Shown piece by piece: positions 28,067 to 38,851 of a stretch of DNA of 64,000 bases. The stretch lies in the IMG/VR virus record IMGVR_UViG_3300006213_002314; one strand, given 5' to 3'. The position numbers and the translations under genes are program-made. The notes under the pieces were generated by a model that did no database searches, was not told the DNA's origin, and worked only from the letters and a program-made list of their open reading frames with translations. The DNA comes from an uncultured virus (IMG/VR IMGVR_UViG_3300006213_002314). Taxonomy: Duplodnaviria > Heunggongvirae > Uroviricota > Caudoviricetes. The first letter of the stretch is position 1. Each line of letters begins with the position of its first letter.

Positions 28067-31000
28067 TTACGCCTCCTGCGCCACTGGCATATTGTTGAAA
28101 ATCTTACCCATGCGCTCTGCAATTTCATCTCCCAGATCGTCCGCCATCTCACGAATCCGGCTCTGGAGTACCTCGAAGATTCTTTCTTCGTCCATATCGC
28201 CGCCTTCGATTTTGATAACCGGATTCATAGTTACATTCACTTCCACGCTGCCATTTCCGTTTCCGGATTCCTGCGGAAGTGCATTAAGCGACACTGTCGT
28301 TCCATCTCCCTCGGAAACGTCCCGGCTGCTGTCGCTCTTTTCTGAACGCCCTAAAACATTCCATACCACATCTTCCTTCTCTGGTATTTGATCAAACTGG
28401 CTTGCATCTTCCGGAATCAGATCACTTCCTGCTCCCACGATACCGCCGTTGGCATGAGCAGATATTTCTCCGTCTGCTCCAAGTGCCCCCAATGTACGGC
28501 CGGCCTTTTTCCAAAGTTCAATTCCTCTTTGCTTTCTTCCGGGTACGGTAGGGATAACATACTCCAAACCTTCCTCGCCTAGCCATGACAGTTCCGGTCC
28601 GTTCGTTCCAACTTCACCTCCGGATGCATGGCCTGCGATGTATGCGCTCACAGTAGAGCCGCTGGACGATGTGCCGATTGAAGCTGTCGGGTTTGTGATA
28701 TGGTACGCCACCGTCACATTGACTGTAGCGCTTGCTGAGTATGGAGAATTAAATGCCGCCTGCAGCTCACTCCCGACCTGGCTGTAAACAGCGGCAATGT
28801 TATCACTCGCCTTTGTTATTGTCACGTCTGTAGTTCCATCTACCGGGTATGCTGTTGCGAATTGGCTTTCGAGGTCTGTCTGAGTCGCCTCTACTGCCGA
28901 AGAGCTATCCACGCTTGCTGCATCAACTGTTACATCTGCAGACATGGTTGCTGATGCTGTTCCTTCTGCGGAATCCAATGCCTCCTGCGCAGAACCTTCA
29001 ACACCGGAAGTGTCTACTGACGATGCCTCTACCGTCACATTGGCCGTAGCGTCCACTTCTGCCGGCTCTACTGACGATGCCTCTGCGACAGTCTGATCCA
29101 CCGCCGAATTAAGCTCTGTAGTGTCAACATTGATTTGGTCTGTAGGTATTCTGATTGTCATTCCGACATCTACCTCTCCGGCCTCAATTCCGTTATAAGC
29201 TGCCAACTCGTCTACCGTCATTCCAACGGACTCAGCCAGCTTGCCAAGTGCGTCCCCTTCGTCAACAGAAACCTCTCCCAAGGTCACCAGCACTTCCGAT
29301 CCGGTCACTTCTACCGTATCGCCTCCGGCTTCAATATCATTAAGCACTCCCTGAATTTCCTCTGAAAGTGCCGCCCTCGCTTCCTCGGAGTTTACTTCTA
29401 CATCTCCAAGCTCTGCCGTAAGACCATCAAGCGTCAGTTCCTCGTCTGTGACCTCTGCAGTCGCACGTTTCCATGCTTCTGAAAATTCCTCGCCCAGCAC
29501 TCCATTAGACGCCATTTCGTCAACTGCCTCTATCAGCGCCTTATCGCCTGATTTCGCTATGGAATTGGCATAAACCTGCCATGCCGCATCAGTATCTCCG
29601 GAAGCGGCGCCGATTTCCATTGCCTGATTAAAGCTATCCATGATCTGTTTTGGAACTGCCTGACCCATACTCACATATTCGTCAATCATGCTACTCATTG
29701 CACTTGCATCCGGTTTCATTGTCTCCCACAAATCATCCAGATTGTTCTGAGTCGCACTCTGCGTCCAATCCCAACCGCCGCCTTGCTGCGTAAAATTAGA
29801 CCCCATACTCATTTGCTGAAGCATACTCCCCATATCTCCATTCTGAGCATACTGGGACAGGTACGAAAGCTGAGTTTCCATATTACTCTTTGTCTTTGCC
29901 TGGTTATTTGCCAGCGCTTCGCCATAGGTGTCATTCAGTGTATTCGTCTCAAATGATAGGCTCGTCATAAGGTCTGATGCCTGTTGATTTCGGATTGCCT
30001 GAGAAGCAAGCTCCTTGTAATGATCGTTGGTTTTGCTTGTAATCCTTCCGGCATCCTCCATAGCATTGAGGGTTGCATAGAACTCTTTTGCTGATGCCTC
30101 TACGGTTTCAGCCGCCGCCTCCCTCTGTTCTGCCAGGGCTTCAACCACAGACGTAAAAGAACCGGATTCCAAGTCTTTCCCGCTGAGATTGCCGTACTCG
30201 CTTGTGATCCAGTCCATCTGCGCTTGTTCTTCTGCCTGTTTCCACCGGCTTGTGATACTATTCATTTTATCCTGCAGTGCCGCTACAGCCCGAGCCTCGT
30301 CTACACTGATGATTCCATCCTGCAGTGCCGCTTCTACAGCCGTCTGCAAGTCAGAAGACAGTCCGCTCAATTCAAGCTGATCCGCTCTCGCCCATTCCTC
30401 AATAGATTCCGCAAGAGTTTTGCCCTCTTCCGTTCCTCCAAGAAATGTCTCAACCTGAAGGTGTGCTGCATAGGTCCGCTGCTCCAGTTCAGATATCTTT
30501 GACTCTACAAAAGTCTCTATGTTCTCCGTATAGCTCTGCTGTTCGTCAGCTGTCAGTTCTATTCCGACACTGCTCTTCCATGTCAACGTTTTGTTCTCTT
30601 CTAATGCTTCCTGTGCTTTTGCCGCAAAATCATCTGCTTTCTCGATTGCTCCCATAGCTAGGTCTACATTTACCAGGTATCTCGCATTTAAGATTCCGGA
30701 AGCTACCGATTCCACCTCTTTTGCAGACAAGGCAATATCGCCAAAATGCTCAGCAAGATCAAGTTCCTTTTGCTCCTGCGTGTAATTGTGTACAGCAGTT
30801 CCTATAGCAACTAACGCCGCTGTGATAGCCGCTGCAGCAATCCCAAATTTTGCCGCTGTTGGAACCATAGTACCTAAATCACTAACAAAAGCACCGATAC
30901 TCGGCGCTGTCGATGCTGCCTCTCCAATGGTCTTTATTGCTGATCCAATCGGTGACAATACCGTTGCTACATTTCTGGCTCCTGCGATTGCCTTTGTCGC

Positions 31001-32935
31001 CCCCATTCCAAGTAGTCCAGCGCTCAGCCAGCTTGTAAGTCCGGCCTTCTCGCCTCCGGGCATTATCTTGGATGCACTGGAGAACAGGCCGCCAAGTCCT
31101 TTTGACATAAGATTGACTCCATCTGATCCAGCCCATTCCATAAACGGTTCCGCAACAATCTTATTCCATGCAATATCCACTTTTCCGAAGAAATCCGCAT
31201 TCTGCCATTCTTCTGATTTTGTCATGCTACCTATTTCACGCTTAACGCCAGTCACCTTGCCGTCTACAAAGTCCATAAAGCTATTCAACCCAGCCTCTAC
31301 ACCCGGCATTTGAGCTGTGAGCCACTGCACCAAGTCAGTCAGGTACGGATCAACACGCTCTCCGAGAGAAATTTTCACTCCGTCAAGCGCACTCTGTAGC
31401 AACGTAATAGAGCCGCCAAGGTTATCCAACATTGTATCGGCCATTTCGTCCGCAGCGCCAGAGGAATTATTGATGGCCGTTGCCAGCTTATTGTAGTCCT
31501 CTTCTGAGGCATTGATGATTGCCAACATACCGGCCATCGCTTCCTTGCCAAATATGGTACTTGCCGCCGCTGTCTGTTCAGTTTCAGACAAGCCGCCCAG
31601 GTTCGTTCTCATGTCTCCGATTACTTCTCCCAAGGTTTTCATTCTGCCTTTGCTATCTGTCAGGCTCAGGTTATATTTATCCATAGCCGCTTTCATATTG
31701 TCGGTCGGAGATGCCATGTTTGCGATAGCCGTTTTCAAAGATGTGCCCGCCATTGAACCCTTGATACTGGAATTTGCCATAAGGCCCAAGGCAAGGGATG
31801 TGTCCTCTATGGTGTAATTCATGGCTCCTGCGATTGGTGCCACGTACTTAAACGACTCGCCCAGCATACTAACATTCGTATTGGCGTTTGCTGATGCCTG
31901 CGCCATAACGTCTGCAAAATGCCCTGCACTGTTGGCTTTCAAGCCGAATGCAGTTAGTGCGTCTGTCACGATGTCGGACGTTGTTCCTAAGCTCTCTCCG
32001 GAAGCGGCGGCAAGTGACAGGATTCCACCGATTCCGGCTGTCATATCCTGTGTCTTCCACCCGGCCATAGCCATATAGTTGAAAGCCTCTGCTGATTCTG
32101 CCGCTGTAAACTTCGTAGTGGCTCCCATCTCTTTCGCTTTTGCTGTTAGAATATCCAGTTCCGCACCTGTAGCTCCGCTAATGGCCGATACCTGACTCAT
32201 CATGGACGAAAAATCAGTGTAAGTTCCTATAGTGTCCGCTGCCCCCAGGCTTACTCCTAGAATCGTGGCTCCCTGCAACAATGGATTTTTGAGCATATTC
32301 AAAATGCCTTGCAGGGGCGCTGTTGCATTGTCTACGATTCCAATTACCGCATCAAAAGAGGAGCCTCCCCACGACTCCCCTTTATCTCTTGCTCCATCTA
32401 TAACAGGGCTTGCGGTATCGCTCGCCCCTATCTCTGCAGTTCCGGACGTTCCATCGAAATTCTCAACTGCGTCCTCTGCAGCCCGAATAACAGGTGTGGC
32501 CGTGTCGTTAGCTCCTACGTCAGCGTTTCCGGAAGAACCGTCAAAGCTCTCCAGGGCATCTCCGGCTTCGTTTATTACCCCGGTTGCCGTATCGTTGGCT
32601 CCTACATCCACGTCTGCGGCAGAACCATCCAATGATTCCGCTTTGTCAGAAATCTGGTCCAATGTCTGACTGGCAGCGTCACTCGCTCCAACTTCTATAT
32701 CGGGTGTCATTCCATCCAGGGCACCAGCTGACGCAGACACCCGGTCTATTTTACCGGACGCCTGATCGTCTGCATCTACTCTGATTCTGTGTGCCTTATC
32801 CAGTTTATTCAACTGCTGTTCTGTCTTTTTCATGCTCCTTTCAAAAGCCGACATATTGCGGTTTGCAGACTGAACACCCGCTGCGGTATTATCTTTCACA
32901 CTGACAGGAATTTCTATTTTTACCGTTTCGGCCAT
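28067..32935 (-). CDS. tail tape measure protein
   Basis: About 1620 aa; TP901-type core (AKEMGATTKFTAAESAEAFNYMAMAGW); ATG start at 32935. Confidence 0.93.
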   Translation of the reverse strand: MAETVKIEIPVSVKDNTAAGVQSANRNMSAFERSMKKTEQQLNKLDKAHRIRVDADDQASGKIDRVSASAGALDGMTPDIEVGASDAASQTLDQISDKAESLDGSAADVDVGANDTATGVINEAGDALESFDGSSGNADVGANDTATPVIRAAEDAVENFDGTSGTAEIGASDTASPVIDGARDKGESWGGSSFDAVIGIVDNATAPLQGILNMLKNPLLQGATILGVSLGAADTIGTYTDFSSMMSQVSAISGATGAELDILTAKAKEMGATTKFTAAESAEAFNYMAMAGWKTQDMTAGIGGILSLAAASGESLGTTSDIVTDALTAFGLKANSAGHFADVMAQASANANTNVSMLGESFKYVAPIAGAMNYTIEDTSLALGLMANSSIKGSMAGTSLKTAIANMASPTDNMKAAMDKYNLSLTDSKGRMKTLGEVIGDMRTNLGGLSETEQTAAASTIFGKEAMAGMLAIINASEEDYNKLATAINNSSGAADEMADTMLDNLGGSITLLQSALDGVKISLGERVDPYLTDLVQWLTAQMPGVEAGLNSFMDFVDGKVTGVKREIGSMTKSEEWQNADFFGKVDIAWNKIVAEPFMEWAGSDGVNLMSKGLGGLFSSASKIMPGGEKAGLTSWLSAGLLGMGATKAIAGARNVATVLSPIGSAIKTIGEAASTAPSIGAFVSDLGTMVPTAAKFGIAAAAITAALVAIGTAVHNYTQEQKELDLAEHFGDIALSAKEVESVASGILNARYLVNVDLAMGAIEKADDFAAKAQEALEENKTLTWKSSVGIELTADEQQSYTENIETFVESKISELEQRTYAAHLQVETFLGGTEEGKTLAESIEEWARADQLELSGLSSDLQTAVEAALQDGIISVDEARAVAALQDKMNSITSRWKQAEEQAQMDWITSEYGNLSGKDLESGSFTSVVEALAEQREAAAETVEASAKEFYATLNAMEDAGRITSKTNDHYKELASQAIRNQQASDLMTSLSFETNTLNDTYGEALANNQAKTKSNMETQLSYLSQYAQNGDMGSMLQQMSMGSNFTQQGGGWDWTQSATQNNLDDLWETMKPDASAMSSMIDEYVSMGQAVPKQIMDSFNQAMEIGAASGDTDAAWQVYANSIAKSGDKALIEAVDEMASNGVLGEEFSEAWKRATAEVTDEELTLDGLTAELGDVEVNSEEARAALSEEIQGVLNDIEAGGDTVEVTGSEVLVTLGEVSVDEGDALGKLAESVGMTVDELAAYNGIEAGEVDVGMTIRIPTDQINVDTTELNSAVDQTVAEASSVEPAEVDATANVTVEASSVDTSGVEGSAQEALDSAEGTASATMSADVTVDAASVDSSSAVEATQTDLESQFATAYPVDGTTDVTITKASDNIAAVYSQVGSELQAAFNSPYSASATVNVTVAYHITNPTASIGTSSSGSTVSAYIAGHASGGEVGTNGPELSWLGEEGLEYVIPTVPGRKQRGIELWKKAGRTLGALGADGEISAHANGGIVGAGSDLIPEDASQFDQIPEKEDVVWNVLGRSEKSDSSRDVSEGDGTTVSLNALPQESGNGNGSVEVNVTMNPVIKIEGGDMDEERIFEVLQSRIREMADDLGDEIAERMGKIFNNMPVAQEA

Positions 32936-32936
32936 A

Positions 32937-33643
32937 TCACTCACCTCCTTCCTCTTCTCTTATGATTCCATTCGCTTCATCCCGGCGCTTCTGTTCGGCT
33001 TTAAGCTGTATCTTCATTGACTCCAGCATAAATACCTGCGCCCATTTTTCCTTTCCCAGAAATTCATCCGGTGGGATGTGGTGCCTTTGAAATATGATGT
33101 GTAACAGTGTTGACTTCCCGCCGGCCTCAATTAGTTTTTTGCCACATCCTCCATTGATGGAGTAAATCCAGAGATTTCGTCCAGTTTCTCCAAAACTGCA
33201 TCCTTCTCTCCTGCCTTCAGCACCATGTCGATCAGGCCGATCCCATTTACAACATTAAATTTGTTCCATGCATCGGTTCTGTCCCAAATCTTTGCCTTGT
33301 CCTCTTCGATGGTTGCCTCATAAATGAGTTCAGACCGGTAATCCGCTGCATTCACACTTTCAGCAATGCGCAGGCCATTGGCCTTGTTCCGCTTGTAATT
33401 GGTGTTTTTCTTCTTGATTTTAGTGTACTCTTCTTCTGACATCGGACGGATTCTAAACTCCAAGACGATCTGTTTCTTTCTCACAATCTGAATTGTTGCT
33501 ACTTCGTCCATATCCGTTTTATAGGATGCGGCCGCAAGCAATCCTCCCAGAATATCGTCTTCATACGCCCTGATGTACGCTCTTTCCTCTTCTTTCGTCA
33601 TTTCAACATCTACTGCTTCCGTTCTTTCCTCATTATTTTTCAT
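32937..33643 (-). CDS. tail assembly chaperone (XkdN-like, 33131..33643) with -1 frameshifted extension to 32937
   Basis: Slippery A-AAA-AAC at 33134-33140 just before TAA; -1 frame is open to TGA at 32937-32939. Confidence 0.8.
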
Positions 33644-33662
33644 TGAAATTCCTCCTTAAATG

Positions 33663-33700
33663 AAAACAAGGAGCCACAGCTTTCCACGGCTGCGACTCCT
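33663..33700 (-). terminator. terminator-like hairpin after tail tube gene
   Basis: AGGAGTCGCAGC...GCTGTGGCTCCT followed by TGTTTT. Confidence 0.55.
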
Positions 33701-33725
33701 ACGATTATTTTTTATGCTGTCACTC

Positions 33726-34193
33726 TTAGGCTCTCAGTTTGCCCTGCGGCTGAACATCTCCATTTACATACAAAGACCACTGCCGCTTAATGATGCTACC
33801 AACCGAAATATTCTGCAGGTCGATATTCCCGGAAGGAATGCAGTTCGGATAGATAAACCGTTCCTCGGAACCGTTTCTTCCCTTGATTACACCCTGGAAT
33901 TTCCATTCCGGCATCTCTCCGGCAGACTGCATAGCCAGAAGATCACTGATAAATCCGCTATCTTCTACTACACATTCTGTAAACGTAAGAGTCGTTCCAA
34001 AAGAATCAAAGATTTCAAATTCCTTCGGGGTTCCAAGAGGACGGTATTTCTGATTGGTTACATTCATCTGTGCCTGAAATGTCTCAATCGTTGCCAGTAA
34101 CTTTCCTTTAGCGTTATACAGACCGCCGTTCTTTCCGGTCATTACCTTTCTGGCATCTGCTACCGCTTTCGTGTTCATGATACCCATGCTCAA
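33726..34193 (-). CDS. tail tube protein (XkdM-like)
   Basis: 155 aa after sheath; GSEER...C.P.G..DL. Confidence 0.8.
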   Translation of the reverse strand: MSMGIMNTKAVADARKVMTGKNGGLYNAKGKLLATIETFQAQMNVTNQKYRPLGTPKEFEIFDSFGTTLTFTECVVEDSGFISDLLAMQSAGEMPEWKFQGVIKGRNGSEERFIYPNCIPSGNIDLQNISVGSIIKRQWSLYVNGDVQPQGKLRA

Positions 34194-34207
34194 TTATCTC
34201 CTTTCCT

Positions 34208-35623
34208 TTATTCTTCTTCTGTCTCCGGAGCAAATCTAAACCGATATGTAAGATAGATGTGCTCAAGGCTATCAACATCATCAACAGCGATCAGGAACCA
34301 TGCGCTGTCTCCCTTCGGCGGATTACTGCTGTCAAGATATACCGTTCCTCCAGGAGCAATCTTTTTCTTGCCAACCATCGCATTGATTACATCCTGGATC
34401 GCAGAAATAACAGCGGCCCGTCCATCATCGTCATTATCCACAGGGCCAACCATAGGCTCCACCGTAGCATCGACACGATTCATCAATTCATATCTGGTCT
34501 TCATGCGGCGAATCTTTTTCCATCCAGCATCCTGGTCCCCAGACGGTGTAACCAGTGAGTTGATCGCTTTTTCAATCCACACCTGGCGGCTCTTGCTGAG
34601 GGAAAGCACAAGGCATCCAGATTTCAGCGCCTTAATAATCTGAGCATTTTTCAGCTTTTCATTAAGGCTTCCGGCTCCTGTGACTACCACATGGGTAAGA
34701 GATTCGTTTGACGGTGTGGCAATAATCATTCCACCAATTCTGGCCGCCGCCAGATACCCCTCATACACCGTGCCGTCTGTGGCCGTCCAACTATTGAGAA
34801 CATAGTGCATTTTTTCGTCATTGAACGCTGCGGCGTGCTGCATCCTTGTATCCAGCGCAACGCTTTTCTTTTCACTAACGCAAGCATACGGGTATTCGCC
34901 CTCATCAAACTTTCTGTTAATGAATGCATGAAGTAAGGCGTGAACTGCCGGCTCTTCTGAATCAACTACAACACCATCCCAGCTCTCTTCCTCGCTTGCC
35001 TCGAATCCGGCACTGTATGCCTCAACATCCGCTGTCGGATCAGCGCCACCAGTAAACGCCTGCTGAGAAACAACAGCGATTTTACCGTCCCCGGCCGCAT
35101 TCTTTTTCGCAGTAACGTAAGCGCTATTTGCGAACGCAGAAACAATACCTTCCACTTCATTTTCGCCAGCCTCGAATGTTACTGTCTCCAGCTCCTTGGC
35201 TCCGTCATAAATGGTTGCCTGTTTTTTGCTTTCATCGTCCAGTGACTCTTTCACGGAAACAGTGATTTCTCTGCTAGTCGGATACAGTGTAGTCAGCGTT
35301 ACAACGTCTGCGCCGGCTCCATCCTTCAGCTTCACCTCTGCATTCTTTCCACCGGTTCCTACACGCACAACGACAATTTCATTGACTCCTGCGGCCCTAA
35401 GTTCTGTAATCACCTTTGCCCCGCTGCCAGAGCCAATGATCGTTGCGATATCATCACCATTTTCGGTCCTCACTGCTTTGTTCAGAGGTCCCCATGTACC
35501 TTTTACTACTGCCAGTCCGACATGCTCTGCAGCGCCGGCAACTTCTACACCTCCTGCATTTTCGGAACGCCTATATACGCCAGGACGATCTTTGGTTTCT
35601 CCTACTTTCCAAGTTCCGCTCAT
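34208..35623 (-). CDS. tail sheath protein (XkdK-like)
   Basis: GETKDRPGVY...WGPLN...IE..INSL...WKKIRR; ATG start at 35623. Confidence 0.9.
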   Translation of the reverse strand: MSGTWKVGETKDRPGVYRRSENAGGVEVAGAAEHVGLAVVKGTWGPLNKAVRTENGDDIATIIGSGSGAKVITELRAAGVNEIVVVRVGTGGKNAEVKLKDGAGADVVTLTTLYPTSREITVSVKESLDDESKKQATIYDGAKELETVTFEAGENEVEGIVSAFANSAYVTAKKNAAGDGKIAVVSQQAFTGGADPTADVEAYSAGFEASEEESWDGVVVDSEEPAVHALLHAFINRKFDEGEYPYACVSEKKSVALDTRMQHAAAFNDEKMHYVLNSWTATDGTVYEGYLAAARIGGMIIATPSNESLTHVVVTGAGSLNEKLKNAQIIKALKSGCLVLSLSKSRQVWIEKAINSLVTPSGDQDAGWKKIRRMKTRYELMNRVDATVEPMVGPVDNDDDGRAAVISAIQDVINAMVGKKKIAPGGTVYLDSSNPPKGDSAWFLIAVDDVDSLEHIYLTYRFRFAPETEEE

Positions 35624-35624
35624 T

Positions 35625-35921
35625 TTACTCCTCCTTTTCTTTTCCCAAGAATCTCTTGATAATCTCAGCGGCCTCACTCTTGGTTGCCTCTGTTTTTCCC
35701 GCCATCTTCATTGCTGCACGAACAATATCCGGGCTATACGGTTTGTCGAAAGCAGTTTTCGATGCTTTTACAAACTCGTTGACAGTGTAAACAGATTCGT
35801 TCTCTGCCTTTTTCACTGCGTTACCGCCCGTGGCTTCGTTTTTTTCAGTAGCCGTGCCGGAATTTACAGCCTCATTATTCTCGGCTTTATTTGCGGCTTC
35901 TGCGTTCTTCTTTGTTGCCAT
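35625..35921 (-). CDS. hypothetical virion-module protein
   Basis: ORF track; position. Confidence 0.6.
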   Translation of the reverse strand: MATKKNAEAANKAENNEAVNSGTATEKNEATGGNAVKKAENESVYTVNEFVKASKTAFDKPYSPDIVRAAMKMAGKTEATKSEAAEIIKRFLGKEKEE

Positions 35922-35922
35922 G

Positions 35923-36840
35923 CTAATGCTCCTCCTTTTTGTCGATATTTATTTTCCTCAAAGGGTGCATACACTCTTCGAGTCTCGGAATTGAATATTG
36001 CGCCTTAACCGTGATCTGCCCTCTTGTCAAATAGTCAGCTGCGTTTTCAACAGATACCTCGAAAATAAGCATCGGGCTATCGTCAAGCATCATCACTTCT
36101 CCCGCCCGCTGGAGGCTATCTGCCAGATACCTCGACCAGCTGTTACGCATTTCCGGTTCCGGCGCAATCACATGGACCGAAAAAATACAGTCCACCCATG
36201 TCAACGCATATGTTGACCTGTTCGTTTTGTACGATTGAATACGCACGTAAAAAGCCGGGTGTTCTCCACTCGGCTCATAAAATGACTCTATTCTGTTTTC
36301 GCCTATTACCATGCAATCCGGTTCCAATTCTTTCAGCCACCGTTGTACTGCCTGCGCCGGATCAGGATTGCTCGTTGTCTGCAGGCTGTATTCCAGAATG
36401 TCAAATCTAAGCGTAGCTCCCGCAATTCTGGTTACTACGCCTCTGTCTCTACCAGTTCCTTCCATGTCAAACATTTCTGTCCTGGCCCATGCGAAAGCAA
36501 AATGTGAATTTCCTTCTGGCTTCACAATGAGGTTCTTCAAACATTCTCTGATATGCGGTTCTATGTCCTCCGGCAAAGTCTTTGCTTCATCGCAATACAA
36601 ATCCACCTGCATAACGCCAGCGCTTTTCCTCTCCTCGTCTGCCTGCATGTCAATCGTATATACGATTCGTGGATACTGAGCACCCTTCCAGCTTTTCTGC
36701 CGATCATCCGGAGCAATCTGATAGAATACTGCCGGGTTACCTGCATACTTTGCCAAATTCTCCTCAAAGCATTTCACGGAAGAGAATCTCTGATAGATTA
36801 ACTCGTCAAGCGTCACTGCCAGTATCACCTCCCGGAACAT
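35923..36840 (-). CDS. putative tail terminator/neck protein
   Basis: Position before sheath; QYPRIVY and PAFYV segments. Confidence 0.5.
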   Translation of the reverse strand: MFREVILAVTLDELIYQRFSSVKCFEENLAKYAGNPAVFYQIAPDDRQKSWKGAQYPRIVYTIDMQADEERKSAGVMQVDLYCDEAKTLPEDIEPHIRECLKNLIVKPEGNSHFAFAWARTEMFDMEGTGRDRGVVTRIAGATLRFDILEYSLQTTSNPDPAQAVQRWLKELEPDCMVIGENRIESFYEPSGEHPAFYVRIQSYKTNRSTYALTWVDCIFSVHVIAPEPEMRNSWSRYLADSLQRAGEVMMLDDSPMLIFEVSVENAADYLTRGQITVKAQYSIPRLEECMHPLRKINIDKKEEH

Positions 36841-37099
36841 ACTCCTCTATTACCGATAAATTCTCCGACCAACGAATCTCCCATACTCCATCTGCTACTT
36901 CTGCAACAGGTATTTCAAAAAAACAGGTAACATTCGCTATTGCCGGGTGATGCAGCACTCTTAACGTCTGCTGATCTACTGCCGAGACAATTCCTGTCTT
37001 CGCCTCTTCCCAACATTTATGCTTCGCACTAATCAGAAAACCTTTTCGGATTGCCTCGGTGTTAAACACGCTATTCGTGTTTTCTACTAATAAACTCAA
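36806..37099 (-). CDS. hypothetical protein
   Basis: ORF track. Confidence 0.55.
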   Translation of the reverse strand: MSLLVENTNSVFNTEAIRKGFLISAKHKCWEEAKTGIVSAVDQQTLRVLHHPAIANVTCFFEIPVAEVADGVWEIRWSENLSVIEEYVPGGDTGSDA

Positions 37100-37110
37100 A
37101 ATTGCACCTC

Positions 37111-37554
37111 CTATACATACGGCTCATTAAAAATTGCTTTGATGGCCGGTAATGCTTTCTGAGTGATCCGGTCTTTAAAAGGCCTAGGTGCCATTTTGCT
37201 TGTACCGTTTTCCAGATACCCTGCATAATGCTCCTGGCTTTCCAGTTCAATTTTGATGTTTCCACCACCGCCAGTAACGTTCCCACTCCAATGAAGACGT
37301 AGATTCCCAGTCCTTCTTGCCGGAGGCTGTCCGGGAGCTGATGCTGTGTAAGTTGCCTTGCTGTGTGGCTTTCGGTACACCCTGCCGCCGCCCTGACCTC
37401 TCAACACTTCCAGCTCTGCGTTTCTTAACTGATTGACTGCTCTGGTTCCTCTCGACAATACTTGCTGATTTACCCTGGCTTTCATTTCTCCAACCTTTGC
37501 TTGTACCGCTCTTCCTGCCGTACCAAGGGCAGATGTATCAATCCATAGCTTCAC
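37111..37554 (-). CDS. HK97 gp10-like tail completion protein
   Basis: SAPGQPPARRTGNLR...YAGYLENGTSKMAPRPF. Confidence 0.85.
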   Translation of the reverse strand: MKLWIDTSALGTAGRAVQAKVGEMKARVNQQVLSRGTRAVNQLRNAELEVLRGQGGGRVYRKPHSKATYTASAPGQPPARRTGNLRLHWSGNVTGGGGNIKIELESQEHYAGYLENGTSKMAPRPFKDRITQKALPAIKAIFNEPYV

Positions 37555-37904
37555 TGCACATCCGCCCTTTCCTCAACATAATAGATTGTACAAACTCCAA
37601 TGCTCCCCGGCTCTTCAAGCCCCTGGATAAGAAATACACGATTGCCAAGTACCAGCTTGTCCTCTGCTTTCGCCTTTGGTCTGCCATCCTGCACAACCGT
37701 ATGGGTAATCGGATGCTGCAGTTGTTGCCACTCGATTTTCTGTTTCGGTGTCGCTTCTGCAAGTGCTCCCCGTAGCATCCGGTTCCCTTCGCTGTTATAA
37801 GAGGTTTGAGGCCGGCCTGTTCTTCCAACTGCGGCAGTGTTTTCCTCGATGATAAAATCCTTGTATAGATTTCCCGGCCGCAGATACATGTATGACCTTC
37901 TCAC
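37551..37904 (-). CDS. head closure/head-tail adaptor
   Basis: Size and position; ITHTVV...D.LV...RVF.I. Confidence 0.6.
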   Translation of the reverse strand: MRRSYMYLRPGNLYKDFIIEENTAAVGRTGRPQTSYNSEGNRMLRGALAEATPKQKIEWQQLQHPITHTVVQDGRPKAKAEDKLVLGNRVFLIQGLEEPGSIGVCTIYYVEERADVQ

Positions 37905-38323
37905 TTTTTATCTAGCCTCCCTGCTCTCCTGTTCTGCATCATTCCGGTATAGAAATACGGACGCTTTCCTCTCTCTGATCCTGGAGGACTCGGAATACTG
38001 ATGGATTCCAATTCGACCTCTTTTTTCAGCTTTTCGTAATCTTCTCTCCATAACTTCGCCCGATCAGACAGCGAAAATGAAAGCGGTCCTTCTTTCGTAT
38101 CAACCTCATAAGCAAATCTTCGGCAAATGCTCTCCAGCAATGCCAGTTTTGCACGCTTCCAGCTTTTCGGAAACATACCGAGGGCGGCTCCAATTTCTTC
38201 GTCCGTCAATGCGCACGTATCAGAACCGCCCTCTGTCATTGTGTCTCCTAATTCAAACCTCATTCGGTCTTTTCCGGATTCTGTGATGTTCCCAGGTTCA
38301 TAGGTGTAATTGCCTTTTGCCAT
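37901..38323 (-). CDS. head-tail connector protein
   Basis: DRMRFELGDT...LTDEEI motif. Confidence 0.65.
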   Translation of the reverse strand: MAKGNYTYEPGNITESGKDRMRFELGDTMTEGGSDTCALTDEEIGAALGMFPKSWKRAKLALLESICRRFAYEVDTKEGPLSFSLSDRAKLWREDYEKLKKEVELESISIPSPPGSERGKRPYFYTGMMQNRRAGRLDKK

Positions 38324-38340
38324 AAGGGATCACCTCCAGA

Positions 38341-38838
38341 TTATTTTTCTGTGTTATGTTCGTCAGTAGATTCCTCTGTAAAGTCGTTACCGCCTACGGA
38401 TTCGTTCGTTTTCTCTTCCGGGATAGATAAAGTGTCTGCTCTCTTTTGAGCCGCTTTCTTTACTCCGGAGCGTGAATCGCAGGCGTGAAGCACAATCAGG
38501 ATATTTTCCTCCGAAACCGCACTGATGGCTTTTTCTGCCTCCGGAACGCCCATCTGCATGATTGAAAATACGCTCTGGACTTCTCCCTCTGTTAAAGGAA
38601 CAGCCATGACTTCGGCAGTATCTCCGTCTTCTTTCCCTACAATGGGAACAATCACCTTGCCTGCAAATCCATCCTCTTCCAGAAGTATGCCCTCCTGAAT
38701 CCCTTCGTCCGCAACAACGGAAAGCACTCCCATGTGCTCCTGAACGGAAGGTTCAGCTACAAGTTCTTCCGGAATTGAATCTCCGATGTAAAATTGCCTG
38801 CCTCCAAAACTGCAGGGTTTTTTTGCTATCAGCTTCAT
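38341..38838 (-). CDS. hypothetical head-module protein
   Basis: ORF after capsid; ATG start at 38838. Confidence 0.6.
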   Translation of the reverse strand: MKLIAKKPCSFGGRQFYIGDSIPEELVAEPSVQEHMGVLSVVADEGIQEGILLEEDGFAGKVIVPIVGKEDGDTAEVMAVPLTEGEVQSVFSIMQMGVPEAEKAISAVSEENILIVLHACDSRSGVKKAAQKRADTLSIPEEKTNESVGGNDFTEESTDEHNTEK

Positions 38839-38851
38839 AGCCGTACCTCCC

